IMG/VR virus record: IMGVR_UViG_3300046167_000447
Location: 1,575-65,574 of that record
From: a virus
Lineage: Duplodnaviria > Caudoviricetes
Direction: 5' to 3' (one strand)
DNA: 64,000 bases
Every line of letters begins with the position of its first letter. The stretch's first letter is position 1. A program made the position numbers and the translations under genes. Positions 17,640 through 27,600 of this stretch are shown here, piece by piece. The notes under the pieces were generated by a model. That model did not search any database. It saw only the letters and a program-made list of their open reading frames with translations, and was not told the origin of the DNA.

Positions 17640-17815
17640 AAATGTTTCAAAGAGAAACAACAGAAAGAATCTACAAGTTGGTAGACGAGTTAACATTGCT
17701 TACGGGTAACACAGACTTAAACATGGTCGACTTCGAGATAAAGCGAATACGCAAAGCTATAGAGGTCGAGACAGAAGCAATACTTGAGTCTGTAAAAGAA
17801 TATCACGGAATTTAA
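17621..17815 (+). CDS. Hypothetical protein
   Basis: 64 aa ORF. Confidence 0.6.
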   Translation: MDIGNLEMFQRETTERIYKLVDELTLLTGNTDLNMVDFEIKRIRKAIEVETEAILESVKEYHGI

Positions 17816-17826
17816 AAACAAACAAT

Positions 17827-18273
17827 ATGGCTAAAAGATTTGAAAGTCAAGAAGACCTTGACAGAGAAAAGAAAGCTATAGACTTGTTCGTTAGAGGTGC
17901 TGAAGGATTCTTCCCTAGAAAGATGCCTCCTTTCGAGATAGACTTTGCTATAGCTAGTAGAAAAGAGGGCAACAGAAATGTAGCCTACGTTGAAATCAAA
18001 GGAGTGAAGAAGGTTGAGTCTGTTCATGATGAACACAACCCCGTTGTATCGGTAAAAAAGTTAGCATCCTTACAGAAGTATGTTAACGAGCGCAAGTGCC
18101 CTACCTATGTTGTATGGGCATATTCCGATGGAATTAAGTATGCTAACCTTATGGACTTGAAGGGAGTTATTCTTTGGAGCGGTCAGTTAATTAAAAGAGA
18201 AGGTTCTGCCAATGACCACGAACTAATGTTCATCAACACAGACACTAACTTTAAAATCAAAACATTTAATTAA
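17827..18273 (+). CDS. PD-(D/E)XK nuclease-like protein
   Basis: IDF...YVEIKG motif. Confidence 0.6.
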   Translation: MAKRFESQEDLDREKKAIDLFVRGAEGFFPRKMPPFEIDFAIASRKEGNRNVAYVEIKGVKKVESVHDEHNPVVSVKKLASLQKYVNERKCPTYVVWAYSDGIKYANLMDLKGVILWSGQLIKREGSANDHELMFINTDTNFKIKTFN

Positions 18274-18278
18274 ATCAA

Positions 18279-19010
18279 ATGAAAAATTCAGAAATCAGAC
18301 CACGTTTAAGTGGAGCTAAGAAAGCAAATCACGAGTACTTCAACAACGGAGAAAACAGAGTATTGGTTATCGGTGATATCCATGCGCCATTCGACCTTGA
18401 TGGTTATCTAGACCATTGTAAGGAGACTTACGAGCGATACAATTGTAACAAGGTTGTATTCATTGGAGACGTAATCGACAATCACTATTCCTCGTACCAC
18501 GAGACTGATGCCAACGGCATGGGCGGTGCAGACGAACTTGAGTTTGCGATTGACAGACTGAAGCCTTACTACGACGCTTTTCCCGAAGCAGTAGTTCTGT
18601 GGGGTAACCACGATAGAATTATTATGCGTAAAGCACAGACTAGCGGTCTACCAAGCCAATGGCTCAAGGACATCAATCAAGTGTTAGGCACACCTAAGTG
18701 GGAGTTTGTGATGGACTACTACCTAGATGGTGTACGATACACACATGGAGATGGTTCGGGCAAAGCCAAAACGGCTTGTGTTCGTGATATGCAGTCTACG
18801 GTAACGGGACACTACCATACAGATTTCTATGTTAACTACCACGTTGGTGCTAACACCCGTGTGTTTGGCATGGCGGTAGGTTGCGGTATAAACGACAAGT
18901 CGTACGCTATGTCTTACGCTAAAGGCGGTAAGAAGAGTGCTATCGGATGTGGAGTTGTCCTTGGTGGTAGTACAGCTATAGCTGTCCCCATGAGACTAGG
19001 AGGTAAATAA
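18279..19010 (+). CDS. Calcineurin-like metallophosphoesterase
   Basis: GDIH, GDVID, GNHD, THG and GHYH motifs. Confidence 0.9.
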   Translation: MKNSEIRPRLSGAKKANHEYFNNGENRVLVIGDIHAPFDLDGYLDHCKETYERYNCNKVVFIGDVIDNHYSSYHETDANGMGGADELEFAIDRLKPYYDAFPEAVVLWGNHDRIIMRKAQTSGLPSQWLKDINQVLGTPKWEFVMDYYLDGVRYTHGDGSGKAKTACVRDMQSTVTGHYHTDFYVNYHVGANTRVFGMAVGCGINDKSYAMSYAKGGKKSAIGCGVVLGGSTAIAVPMRLGGK

Positions 19011-19027
19011 TTTAAAACCAAAGAGAG

Positions 19028-19261
19028 ATGAGTTGGAACCACAGAATATTAGCACACAAAGACGGAGACGAAATGTATTTCCAAATACACGAAGTTTACT
19101 ATGATGAGGATGGTAAACCTATAAGCTATACTACCGATGGCGCAAATGTAGGGTCTGAAAGTTTAGATGGTATTAAACGGGTATTAGATAAAATGAAAGA
19201 GTGTGTTAATAAGCCTATTCTTTCAGCTGATGATTTCCCGAATGAGTACAATGGTGCATAA
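19028..19261 (+). CDS. Conserved small phage protein (WNHR...IHEVYY type)
   Basis: ORF within cassette. Confidence 0.75.
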   Translation: MSWNHRILAHKDGDEMYFQIHEVYYDEDGKPISYTTDGANVGSESLDGIKRVLDKMKECVNKPILSADDFPNEYNGA

Positions 19262-19282
19262 AAAATTTAAAACCAAAGAGAG

Positions 19283-19390
19283 ATGAAGATAATGAAGCTA
19301 ATTAGGTTTTTAGGACTGCTTATACTGATAATGCTTTTACCTGTGTTAATTATATTATCTCCGATAGCTACTTTATATGAACGCAGTTAA
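19283..19390 (+). CDS. Small membrane peptide
   Basis: 35 aa hydrophobic ORF between repeats. Confidence 0.5.
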   Translation: MKIMKLIRFLGLLILIMLLPVLIILSPIATLYERS

Positions 19391-19418
19391 TACACCCTAA
19401 ATTTAAAACCAAAGAGAG

Positions 19419-19679
19419 ATGAAAATGGAAAGTGAACAAACAAATTGGAATGACCTTACATTAAAAGAAAGACTTGCTTTTGTAAAGCATAATGAGCAAT
19501 TGGATTTATACAGTGTTAGTGGTAGTTGTTTTGCTATTAACGCTTTTGTAAGGTGTAAGAACAACGGAATTATTAGGTACATAAGCGAACAGAATGGTAG
19601 AACATTTAAGGATGATGGAAAAATAAGTGGGTGTGAACCTTCTCCATTTTGCCACTATGAAAATTATGTGATGATATAA
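19419..19679 (+). CDS. Hypothetical cassette protein
   Basis: ORF starting in repeat. Confidence 0.65.
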   Translation: MKMESEQTNWNDLTLKERLAFVKHNEQLDLYSVSGSCFAINAFVRCKNNGIIRYISEQNGRTFKDDGKISGCEPSPFCHYENYVMI

Positions 19680-19734
19680 TTAATAACGTGTTACATTTTA
19701 ATACATTTTTAACACGATTTAACACCAAAGAGAG

Positions 19735-19935
19735 ATGAGTGAGAAACAAACACAACCAACAGAACAACCAACAGAACAACAAAACGATAATTTTCTTGTA
19801 TGGGATAAATTGTTTTCAATATTAGCTTGGAAATTTATACCAACCAAAAGTGGTGATATGATGATTAACGCTGAGGATGTTTACAATGAATTGAAAGATG
19901 AATTTAATTTAACCTTTAACACCAAAGAGAGATGA
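19735..19935 (+). CDS. Hypothetical cassette protein
   Basis: Ends FNTKER, which is encoded by the repeat. Confidence 0.65.
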   Translation: MSEKQTQPTEQPTEQQNDNFLVWDKLFSILAWKFIPTKSGDMMINAEDVYNELKDEFNLTFNTKER

Positions 19936-20135
19936 GTAAATGTAATTGCGTTTGCGGAAACTGCAAACAAGACCCAAACAAAACGGGAGTCTACGGAGTA
20001 GACACAACAGATGCCTTGCAATCGTGGCAGACAGAAATCATAAACAAAGAGATTGAAGACCGATATAGGGATAACCAAGACCCATTCGGAGACCATTTTA
20101 GTATTAACCCTAATTCAGCAAAAGAAAATGAGTAA
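19932..20135 (+). CDS. Hypothetical protein
   Basis: ORF starting in repeat. Confidence 0.6.
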   Translation: MSKCNCVCGNCKQDPNKTGVYGVDTTDALQSWQTEIINKEIEDRYRDNQDPFGDHFSINPNSAKENE

Positions 20136-20469
20136 AGCGTATGCAACAGAAGCTATCCTTATAGAGAAAGGAAAGTTTAAAATCTATCAAGTAACATGGG
20201 TAGACACGAAAGGAAAACAAAGAGTGACCGATGTAAAAGGTCACAATATGAAATCAGCACTAGACACGGTTCTGAGACAGAGAACTGCCGACAAGGTTAA
20301 GTCTGTTCCTTTATTCGTATGGATAGCAGGATATCTAGTAGTCATGTTAGGATTCACTTGGAGTGTGTTATACGGAGGTGTAAGCATACTTGGAGGAGTT
20401 TTAGGCATGGGAGGGCTTATATCTACGGGCTTAATGTTTGTAAACAAATACTTTAGATATACAGAATAA
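20128..20469 (+). CDS. Hypothetical membrane protein
   Basis: Likely start MSKAYA at 20128; two C-terminal hydrophobic segments. Confidence 0.65.
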   Translation: MSKAYATEAILIEKGKFKIYQVTWVDTKGKQRVTDVKGHNMKSALDTVLRQRTADKVKSVPLFVWIAGYLVVMLGFTWSVLYGGVSILGGVLGMGGLISTGLMFVNKYFRYTE

Positions 20470-20549
20470 TTCCGTATATTTATCGGTTCAATAGGAAGGG
20501 TGCTTATGGCATCCTTTCTTTTTCTATAATCACTTTAAAAAACAAAACA

Positions 20550-20669
20550 ATGGATGACTTCCAACTTGAAGGAGACTTCGCAGATTTCGTAGACGAATTA
20601 GAGAGCAGCGAAAAGAATGAAAACGCTTGTAGCATTGACAACCCCGATTGTGAAGGGTGTGGCTCATGA
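20550..20669 (+). CDS. 39 aa acidic peptide with CxxC C-terminus resembling a ribonucleotide reductase tail
   Basis: MDDFQLEGDFADFVDELESSEKNENACSIDNPDCEGCGS; A-rich leader; coupled to next gene. Confidence 0.7.
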   Translation: MDDFQLEGDFADFVDELESSEKNENACSIDNPDCEGCGS

Positions 20670-20851
20670 TGAGTCCTAAAAGAGAAAAGAAGTACGTAGA
20701 TGAAATCTTAGAGAAGTGCGCTGTAATACACTCCAATTTGGGTATAGACTCAACCGCTGAAGAAAAGCTGTCAGCTAAACTAGAGTGTGAGTCACTTATA
20801 AAAGAGATACAAGGGTTTGCTCCCGATGTCTACGACAGACTGAAAGATTAA
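20666..20851 (+). CDS. Hypothetical protein
   Basis: Coupled ORF. Confidence 0.65.
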   Translation: MMSPKREKKYVDEILEKCAVIHSNLGIDSTAEEKLSAKLECESLIKEIQGFAPDVYDRLKD

Positions 20852-20866
20852 TTTAATTCAAAAGAG

Positions 20867-21070
20867 ATGCCAAATTATAAAAACAAAGAGACGGGTGAGA
20901 TAAAAAGATTCGCCTCAGTTAGAACAAAGTTCAACGCAGACGGAACTAAGACAGACATCTGTCTGACCACGGGTGAAGAGCTCAATAAGAATTGGAACTT
21001 CGTTCCTTGGGACGGAGAATACAACGTCAAGATGAAGAAAGCTAATGGCGATGGAAGAGGGATGCGCTAA
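20867..21070 (+). CDS. Hypothetical protein
   Basis: 67 aa ORF. Confidence 0.65.
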   Translation: MPNYKNKETGEIKRFASVRTKFNADGTKTDICLTTGEELNKNWNFVPWDGEYNVKMKKANGDGRGMR

Positions 21071-21189
21071 CGCATTATAACCCACGCTCTGTGATAGATT
21101 TAATCTACGAAGGTTTGCGACCTACACAGAGCCCTAGAGACGATTACAAGTCTATAAATTGTAAAACTCACCCACGGGAATGGGACAAT

Positions 21190-21220
21190 AGGAAGGGGCA
21201 TTGCGCCCCTCTCTATTTTT
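21190..21220. terminator. Terminator between convergent modules
   Basis: AGGGGC/GCCCCT hairpin with T run at the convergence point. Confidence 0.65.
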
Positions 21221-21630
21221 TACTTCTGTTTATTCCAAACACGAACTGCCTTTTCAATACCACGACTACCAATGTAGAATGTGATGAACGCAGTGTACGT
21301 TGTTTCGATTAACGGGAGATAGGCTTTGTTGATAGTAAACGAGCCTATGTTACCATCTGTAAAGATGATTAACAGAATCATAACTGTCCAAAGCATAAAG
21401 CCAATAGGTCGTACAGACTTAGCTAACCAATTGTCGCTAGACATATCCGCCTCTAGTCTCTTGGTGAGTTCTTTCTCGTACTCGACCTCAGCCTTAGCAA
21501 TCTCTTCTTCTGTTAACTTGTACTCGTCTATGAGTTCAGCAAGTTTACCTACACTACCATCTTTGATAGCTGATTGAGCCCCACCAAGGAGGCTCTTTAG
21601 CATTAATGTTAATTTATTCATTGTTTCCAA
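21220..21630 (-). CDS. Holin (3TM holin-like)
   Basis: ADMSSDNWLAKSVRP and FYIGSRGIEK motifs; transmembrane segments. Confidence 0.8.
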   Translation of the reverse strand: METMNKLTLMLKSLLGGAQSAIKDGSVGKLAELIDEYKLTEEEIAKAEVEYEKELTKRLEADMSSDNWLAKSVRPIGFMLWTVMILLIIFTDGNIGSFTINKAYLPLIETTYTAFITFYIGSRGIEKAVRVWNKQK

Positions 21631-24600
21631 ATTTAAGTATATCTGCGATAGCTTGACTCTTAACAGTCTCTACTCCGTATTTTATTCCGAAGTATAGGTA
21701 CGAGTCTAGCACGAATTGTTTAGCTTCTTCGGGAGACATATCCTCAGCGATGTGGTGAATCATAATCGCCCTACCTCTATTGCTAGTTTCTGACTTGTCT
21801 ATCACACGCATCGTGTTGATGTTCTCCTTACTTACAAGACTCTCCATAATCTCGTTAGAACCTTTGGCTTTTTTGATTATGCTGTCTATCTTAGACATTG
21901 CATTAGTTGGGTCACCTTCTATCTCGGTATTTAGGTAGTCTATCATTTCATCTAGACCAACATCGTTACCCGCCATTATCTCGTTGCCAATCCAACGCTC
22001 TATGTCCGTCTCTGCTCTGCTCTCCATAGGTTTCTTCCCTTCCTTGAGAATCTTAGACAACTCTTTAGAATGGAGACCCGTTCCCGCCATTATACCTAAC
22101 AGGACAAGTCTACCTGTTTCAATCAAAAGCATCTTATCTGCATCTTTCGTTGATATGTATTTCTTTTTCCCCGTTGAGGTTGTGTAGCTAGGTATATTTT
22201 CACTAAGAGTCATGTCTGTATTTAATTCCATCATAAGCGTCTTGATGTTTGACATAGTGTTGGTTATGTCGTAAGCAACATTACCCGTCACACCAAGCAT
22301 AGAGAAGAAATTCTTAGAACTAAAGTCATCACGACCCGCACCTTTGAATATAGGCATTCCATTCATTTTTTCCCATCTTTCGAAACCTTTAGACCAAGTC
22401 TCGTCTGCGTATCTCCAATCATCTTGGTCTTGAGTTAGACCGTACTGAGCCATGTTAGACAGATGCAAGAACCAATGCTCCATAGCAGCCACAGGAACTA
22501 CAAGTGGATTTAAGTCTAGGTACATACCACGCTTAATCATTTGACTTCCAAACTTCTTGTCCCACCAAGACTCTTCTTCTTCGTCATCTGCTCCAAATAG
22601 TGCGCTACCTATAGCAGCATACATAGGGGACAGAATAGCCCACGCTGCTGCTTGGAATGCGTACACCTCGGCAACTGTACCTAATAATGAACGAATAGCC
22701 TCACCTTTAGCTTTCTTGTCGCCAACAAACACCTTCTGCATATCCAACGCTAGGTTTAATTTTTTGTTAAATAGGAAGTTAGCAAACGGCATAGCGACCA
22801 TCTTAACCACTTGCATTAACTGACCTCTCATAATCTCATTGATACGAGACTTGTCTCTTTTGGTGGATATGTTTTGGTCTTTTACAGTCATTTGTTCTGC
22901 AAACATAGCAGCGTCCTCATTAGGGGAATCAGACTCTTTAGCCCAATCTATATCGCTAGGGTCTACTCCTTCTTCGGAAATCAAGTAGTCTGCATAGTAA
23001 GCCAACCAAGTAGCAGTAGCTACCATCTCGTCAGTTCCCCTTAGGAATGTTGTAGACTTCTCTACACCCTTTTCGATTCTTCCCTTTTCTCCAATCTTAG
23101 CTTCCGCGCCAACCATAAGAACCTCTGTGGTGATGTTTCTGTTCCCGATAGGGAATTTGTTTATCAGTCCCGCGTAAGGTAGACTAGAGTCTATTCCCTT
23201 GCCTATAATAGCTCCTCTCAAGTCTCCCATTACGTTGAAGTAAATCATACGTGCAGCCATGCTCCTAGTCTCAAACAAGGCATTAGCCATTGCAGAGCCT
23301 TGCTTCAAGAGCTGTTCTATAGTTGCGCCAAAGTAAGCTACAACGGTAATATTCATAGCGTACTTAGCAGCCTTTGCGCCATGCTTACCTAAGATTTCAT
23401 CCGCTTGTTGGTAGTCTGATGCGTTTACTAGGTAATTGTATACCTTCTTACGGATAGCCGCACGAATATCCTTATCATCAATAGAATCAACAAACGAGTC
23501 ATTCTTCTCGCTAGTCATGACAGAAATGTAAGCAACATCCTCTGCTGTAGCTGTTTTGATTTCGTTCTCCTTGTAAGTCTTCTCAATAGCAGACAAGAAG
23601 TTCAAGTCTATGTATCTCTTTTGAGATTTGATAGCATTAGCATCACGTTCGTAAGTCGAACTAGCTTGTGAGTTGGCACGAGTCAAATTATGCTGACCTA
23701 TGGCTTTGCCTACGTTCTCAACCTTTTGTATTAAATCATCAACCTCACTTGCTTTAGAGCCAACTGCACGGAACATCATAGGTAGATAATTAGCCTCTTC
23801 CTTGAAGTGCATTCCTAAGAAGTTTTCTGCGTATTCCTTAACCTTAGGCTCTTGAGCAGCGAATTCCATCTCTAGGTATTCAACTGCCTCTACAACTCCC
23901 TCTGTTTGCTCTAGTTGCTCTATAATCTGTGATAGTGAACGAGAACGTCTACCATCCTTTAAAACGGCTAGTGCTGATTCTATTTCAGCTCTCTGCTTGT
24001 CAGAGATTCTAGTGTCCTCTGCTAGTGCTAACTCGATAGAGTTCTTGATGTAAACTACCCAAGCAGCATCTGTAACGCCTTCGGGCTTCTGTTTAAGCAA
24101 AGAGTATAACTGCATCTGTGTTTGAGCCTTAGAACTCAGCATGCCAAGCTCACCTAGCTTAGTACGGACACGACCAACAAACGCTTCGTGTCTAGCTTCT
24201 GCTTGTGCCACATTCTTACGGATGTTACCGAATCCAATAGCGTTCATATACTGAGCTACCTTTCCTTGAGAGTATTTCTTGAATATTCTGCGGAAAAAAG
24301 TAGGAGTATTTTCCATTAGACTGAAGTAACCACCACGCAGACCTTTTGTTGCAGGAGACGCTTTCATGTTCAGTTTATTCAACTTAGCATTGCCATCGTT
24401 CTTCGCTCTAACAACCGCAGACAGAGCTTTAAGACCATAAGTCTTTCCGTTTGTTAGGTAGTCGTAAGTAAAGAATTCTAAACGCTTTAATTCGCTGAGT
24501 TTCAACTCGTTAAGCCTAGCCTTTACGTTGTCTATGTTAGTCTCATAAGGTAGGTCAGGATTCCAACCTAGGATGTCCTGAAAATCACTGTTAGACAGCA

Positions 24601-27600
24601 ATAGACTGAGGTGAGTCTGAACAACAGGAAGGATAGCATCATTTATAATGATGGATTTAGTCTGTTCTTCTCCCTCTCTTTTTTCTTCCTCGTAAATCTC
24701 GAATGCAGTTTCCATGTCGTCAACATTATCCAAGTCTAACCCTAAATCATCAGCAATAGCTTTGAGCTTCTTCTCCATTGGCTTCAGCTCTTTCTCCATC
24801 TTCTTACGTAGTAACTCTTGGTAAGCTGTGTACCAATCTGTTCCTTCTTCGTAAGCCTTGTCCATTGCTAATTCAATCATCCTTTCTTCGGTACGTTGAA
24901 TCTCTTCGTTTTTCAGTTCATTGAACACCTCGTCAAAGTACATTTTGGCTCTCCTTCCGTTAACCATTTCACCCTCTACTTCGAAGTATGGATTACCCAA
25001 TACTTTTTCTCCGTCTTCGTTCTTGCGTACTGATACTGATTTAACAGTAACTTCTAATGATGATAAAGCATCACTAAGTCTCTCTAATGATTCATAGCTT
25101 AATACTCCACCATCTAATGATATAAGATTATCTACTTGTTTGATATAAGAAGTCAAAGGGCTTTTAGAAGCCTTTGACATATTCTTTATTCTATTCTTTA
25201 ACTTACTCTGTTGTTTGTTAACCTTACGTAATAGATTAGCATGTTCTTCAATCTGTTTAGCATCCATCTGCTTATCTATAATTCTAGCAACAGCATCTAC
25301 AAACGATGTGAAGACAGCGTACTGATGATTAGGGTCAGTCTTCTTTCCAATACTTCTGTGAGCGGCATTCATCAATCTCAATATTGTTTTTAACTGAGAC
25401 GCCTTGATGTTAATCTTCTTGTCCTTTTAGGTAATCCGAAATCTCTTTAATCATAGCATCGGTTACTCTCTTCTCTCTCTTGAAGATTTCTTTTGCTCTT
25501 TGACGAAGGAACTTAGCCTCTAGTCTTTCTTCAGCTAACTGCTTCTTGCGAGCCTCACGATAAGCCTCGTTACGCTCTTTGACTCCTTGTCTGTATCCTG
25601 CATTGTTACCTATCTTGTAACCTGCTGCTTTTTGATACAGACTATTTGCATCTTTCTTAGAGTAGCCTCTGTCCACAAGTTCTGCGATTATATCCTTCTT
25701 AGAAACATTGTCTCTAATCTGTTGTGCTACTTCTATGTAGGTCTGAGTCTTCTGCTTTTTTAGGTCGCTCTTCTCTTGCTTTTCTAACGTAGGGGAAGGC
25801 TTATATTCAGACTTTACTTGCTTTCCTTGGAATAGTTCAGCAACAGACAAATCTAAGAAACTTTCTAGAGTTAATCTCTCAAAGAACTCTTTTTTCTCAG
25901 CCTTCTTCATTCTCATGCTGTCTTTGCTGTCTCTAGAGAATATAACCTTGAAGTTGGTTCTGATTAACTGATAAAGACCTTTCATCCAAGACTTGAATGT
26001 GTTTTTGGCAGCCTCTTGTATGTTTTTCCCTTTGTTTCCTATAAGTTGAGCCAACGTATCTTTAGCAGCAGCATCTTCATCTCCGTTTCTTTTTTCTAGA
26101 TTTTGCTCATACAAGTCTGTTTCTTTTGCAAGTGCTAGTCCTTTAGCTAATAGGTCTCTACCGAACTTGGAAGCACCCTCAGACAAGAACTTTAACCAAA
26201 CGTGACCAAATTGACCTACAGCGGAATTAACTGTATCGATACTTGGATTTAAGACTATAACTCCGTCTTTTGTAACTGCATACAAAACAACCCCGTCAGG
26301 AGATGTTACGACTTCCGCTCCATCTTGACTAGCTGTTTCTTCAAATGACTCTTGAGTTTTAGCCAAGTGAACGAATGGGAAAGCGTGACGCATTTTAGCA
26401 ATAATGGTCTGAACTTCGCTAGACTCTTCGGTCTGAACCGCAGCACCACGGAACACTTTGTCTCCAAAGAATGTACTACCAACAGATGACAACGCTTTGG
26501 AATCCTTGGTTTTAGTGCCTGATGTAGCCATACGAGACAGCTTAACCTCCCATTCAGGGAATATGTCAGCACCATGTCGTGGGTCGCTCAATACCGCTAT
26601 AAATCTACCTTTTGGGCCGAATCCGTAGTTTTCATGAGTCGTTTCCAAAACCGCAGGGTTTAGTACATCAACTCCCATAACAGCTACAGCGTGATTAGAC
26701 TTAACATCTCTCATAGATGGTTCACCTATAGACTCAGCAACATTATGGAATGTGAATTTTTCTGCATCTCCTTCCTGTTCTCCAAACAACTCCTTAACTA
26801 TTTCATTAGGCTTTGAGCGAGTTTTGTATCCACTCTTAGTGTCTGCATGAACACGGAAAAGAATAGAAGTGATATATTCCTTATCTGTAAGCTGTATGAA
26901 TTTCTCAGACGCTTCTTTATCTACAGCAGCTCTTGCTCTTTTGTGAGAATCCTCTGCAATTGCGTCCATCAATTGGTCTAGAGTAGTTATATTATTTTTC
27001 TCAAAAAACTCTAGTAGACGCTCTTGAGACTTAATCTGATTAGATTCTAGCTTTGATAAGTCTGATTGTTTTACACTTGGGTCTTTAACGGTTCTAGAAC
27101 GCTTATCCATCATAGGGAGACCTTGCTCGAAACGCTCTTTCTTTTCATCTAACCAAGCTTTGTCTGCTTCTACACGTGCTTTAAACGCATTAAATGCCTT
27201 TACTCTATTCTCTTTTGGAAAGTTCTTTATGTATGGAGATATGTATCTAAACACAGCTTCGTTTGAATTCACAGCAGTGTCAGACATTCTCATTATAACC
27301 ATAGGAACATGACCGTAGGGAATAGGGTTTGTCTCGTCTGCCCAAATTTTCTCGAAGTATGCTTTATTCGCATTGTAAACATTTAAGGCATCGTTAAGTT
27401 GAACCTCTGCGTCATGCTTTGTAACACCACACCAAGCTACTCCGTCCTTAAAACTACTACCAAACAAACCTGTAGTTATACCTCCGTTTACACTCATGGG
27501 ATTACCATTAGCGTCCTTTGCGTTTCCTGAGCTCAACATATCACTCATAGCAGGAATACTAGGTATGCCGTTAAATGCTGAAGTAGGTTTAGTTAAATCA

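Larger units (their letters stand above)
19011..19934 (+). repeat. Small-gene cassette array 2 bounded by TTTAA(A/C)ACCAAAGAGAGATG
   Basis: Five copies at 19011, 19266, 19402, 19718 and 19915, each supplying the next ATG. Confidence 0.85.

Noticed and set aside
21091-21312. Plus-strand ORF of 73 aa
   Set aside because: Crosses the terminator and overlaps the holin in antisense
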